Source: a virus (lineage: Duplodnaviria > Caudoviricetes). From it: a DNA stretch of 58,954 nucleotides. The stretch spans positions 1 through 58,954 of IMG/VR virus record IMGVR_UViG_3300038436_000160; one strand, 5' to 3'. A program made the position numbers and the translations under genes. Numbering within the stretch: position 1 is the stretch's first letter; the number at the start of each line of letters is the position of its first letter. The notes beneath the pieces were generated by a model. That model saw only the letters and a program-made list of their open reading frames with translations. It was not told the origin of the DNA and ran no database searches. Positions 57,312 through 58,954 of the stretch are shown in pieces.

Positions 57312-58925
57312 ATGAATACTTGTTTTATATACTGCAGAAAATCGTCCGAAGATAAAGACCGACAAATTCTTTCCCTCAATGATCAGGAGAATATTTGTAC
57401 TGAATTAGCTCAGGATAAAGGATTCATTATTCTTGGGGTATACAAAGAGAGCAAGTCAGCTAAAAGACCAGACAAAAGACCAGAGTTCAAGGCAATGATA
57501 AAAAGACTAGCCAATGGTGAAGCTAGTCACGTTGTGTGTTGGAAAGCTGATCGCCTTTGCAGAAATGCTAAAGAAGGTGGAACACTCATCGATAAAGTTG
57601 ATTATGATGGCATGCAGATTGTCACTCCCACAATGGATTATGACCGCAATAATTCTACATTTCTTTTTATTGAATTCGGCATGGCCACTAAGTTTAGTAA
57701 GGATCTCTCAGACAACGTAAAGCGTGGCATGAATACAAAGTTGCAAATGGGTTGGCAGCCGTCTAAGGCTCCTATGGGATACCTTAATGACAAGATAAAT
57801 CCCAAGGGACAAAAAGAAATATCGCCGGATCCAGAACGCTTTGATTTATGCCGTAAGTGGTGGGAGCTTATGTTAACCGGCACTGAAACTGTAGAAAGCT
57901 CACTGGAAAAAATTACAACCCTAGGGCTTCGCAGCACACGTACAGGAAAAGCCATTAGTAAAACCGAGGCTTTTCGTTTCTTCAGAAGAGTGTTTTATAC
58001 AGGTTTGTTTGACTACAAAGGCGAGAGATACGAAGGTAAGCACCTGCCGATGGTCAGTATTGCAGAATTTAATAGGGTGCAGGAAATCATTGATGGTCGG
58101 AAAAAAGTTATCCAAAATAAGAATGACTTCTACTTCATGCGTATTTTGAAATGTGGTGAGTGCGGTTCCGCTATCACTTGTGAGACTCATACCAAGCGAT
58201 ATAAAAATGGAACTTTTCAAACTTTTACCTATGCCCGGTGTACCAAAAAAAGCAAAAACTGCAGCCAGCCTTTTCTTAATGCAAACGAGCTAGAGAAACA
58301 AGTCAGAGCGTTCATTGAGGGATTAGAAATTTCACCGGACCTGGTCGTATGGATTAAAGATAATATAAAACGCCGAAACGAGAAAGAATTCGAGTTTGAA
58401 AAGTCGCAAAAGGGCAAGCTCACTAAGCGTCTTGATGGTCTTTTGACTGAAAAGAAGAACCTCTATGGAATGAAAATAGAAGGTTTAATCAGCGAGGAAG
58501 ATTATCAGAAGGAAAAAGCCCGCCTCATGGCTGAGGAAAAACAAATTAACAAAGGAATTACCACTGATGGTATAGCGTCATGGACTCAGACTATGGAAGA
58601 AGCACTCTATTTTGCATCTAAACTTTCGCTCTTATTTGATGCGGCAAAACAGGACCCTGAAGCTCAAAGAATGATCCTAAGGATACTTGGCTCGAACCTA
58701 AAGCTAAAAGATAAAATAGTGCGAATTGACGGGCAAAAAGCGTTTGTCTTCTTCAAACAGATAGAAAAATTACAAAAAGGTGAAATTGATCCGCTCGAAC
58801 CTGAAAATGGATTGATAACTGGGGATAATCAGGCTTTTTCGCCTTCTCATTCCCCTATGGAGCGGGATACGGGAATTGAACCCGTGTTTTTTGCTTGGGA
58901 AGCAAATGTTCTACCGTTGAACTAA
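57312..58925 (+). CDS. Large serine recombinase (integrase)
   Basis: YCRKSS, DRLCRN, APMGY, CGECG zinc ribbon, coiled coil; reads through the antisense tRNA. Confidence 0.95.
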   Translation: MNTCFIYCRKSSEDKDRQILSLNDQENICTELAQDKGFIILGVYKESKSAKRPDKRPEFKAMIKRLANGEASHVVCWKADRLCRNAKEGGTLIDKVDYDGMQIVTPTMDYDRNNSTFLFIEFGMATKFSKDLSDNVKRGMNTKLQMGWQPSKAPMGYLNDKINPKGQKEISPDPERFDLCRKWWELMLTGTETVESSLEKITTLGLRSTRTGKAISKTEAFRFFRRVFYTGLFDYKGERYEGKHLPMVSIAEFNRVQEIIDGRKKVIQNKNDFYFMRILKCGECGSAITCETHTKRYKNGTFQTFTYARCTKKSKNCSQPFLNANELEKQVRAFIEGLEISPDLVVWIKDNIKRRNEKEFEFEKSQKGKLTKRLDGLLTEKKNLYGMKIEGLISEEDYQKEKARLMAEEKQINKGITTDGIASWTQTMEEALYFASKLSLLFDAAKQDPEAQRMILRILGSNLKLKDKIVRIDGQKAFVFFKQIEKLQKGEIDPLEPENGLITGDNQAFSPSHSPMERDTGIEPVFFAWEANVLPLN

Positions 58926-58931
58926 TCCCGC
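58858..58931 (-). tRNA. tRNA-Gly (CCC)
   Basis: GCGGGAT acceptor stem, UUUGC-UUCCCAA-GCAAA anticodon arm, GGGUUCAAUUCCC T arm, UCCA end. Confidence 0.95.
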
Positions 58932-58954
58932 TGATGGGGATATTTTACTACAGG

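Larger units (their letters stand above)
211..58863. mobile_element. Prophage (podovirus-like, serine integrase) integrated at tRNA-Gly
   Basis: Complete integrase, immunity, replication, terminase, portal, capsid, tail and lysis gene set. Right end is at the tRNA; the left end is inferred from a GAGC core and att-like flanks. Confidence 0.9.

Noticed and set aside
1042-58423. Many 60-136 aa antisense or off-frame ORFs in the track
   Set aside because: They shadow long, well-supported genes and have no motifs or RBS; only 52409-53128 was retained
1-58954. Alternative genetic code or stop-codon recoding
   Set aside because: Long genes are intact under the standard bacterial code and TGA, TAG and TAA all terminate genes

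Overview
The window is almost entirely one temperate prophage of about 58.6 kb with a podovirus-like gene set. It is inserted at the 3' end of a tRNA-Gly(CCC) (58858-58931, minus strand) by a large serine recombinase. The host is probably a CPR/Patescibacteria (Microgenomates-like) bacterium; this is inferred from gene content and translation-start style, not shown. From right to left it carries: an integrase and a candidate directionality factor; DUF3800 with a convergent structured RNA; an ImmA-like/repressor/Cro switch; a replication initiator with an internal iteron array; two DNA methyltransferases; the terminases; a DUF2292-like small protein; portal, scaffold and capsid; a KhpA homologue; adaptor, nozzle, fibre and ejection proteins (one a polyvalent protein with ART-like and J-like domains); and the lysis genes. 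Two cargo blocks (about 8 kb and 18 kb) split the morphogenesis genes. They hold defence genes (STAND NTPase-nuclease, PLD-SNF2 helicase plus Eco57I-type MTase, Ppl-like PHP-ATPase, PD-(D/E)XK nucleases) and cell-envelope genes (ECF sigma/anti-sigma, MltG and MltG-like, SPase-CAP, trypsin-like protease). The most notable signals are four. (1) Two homologous leader RNAs that can switch between terminator and antiterminator folds gate the portal and head operons, with a DUF2292-like protein as candidate ligand. (2) A promoter-driven, pseudoknotted sRNA converges on DUF3800. (3) A predicted att site lies inside the integrase ORF and would swap its C-terminus on excision. (4) A duplicated promoter/operator drives both the lytic and the excision operons. 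All family assignments come from motif recognition by eye; no searches were run.
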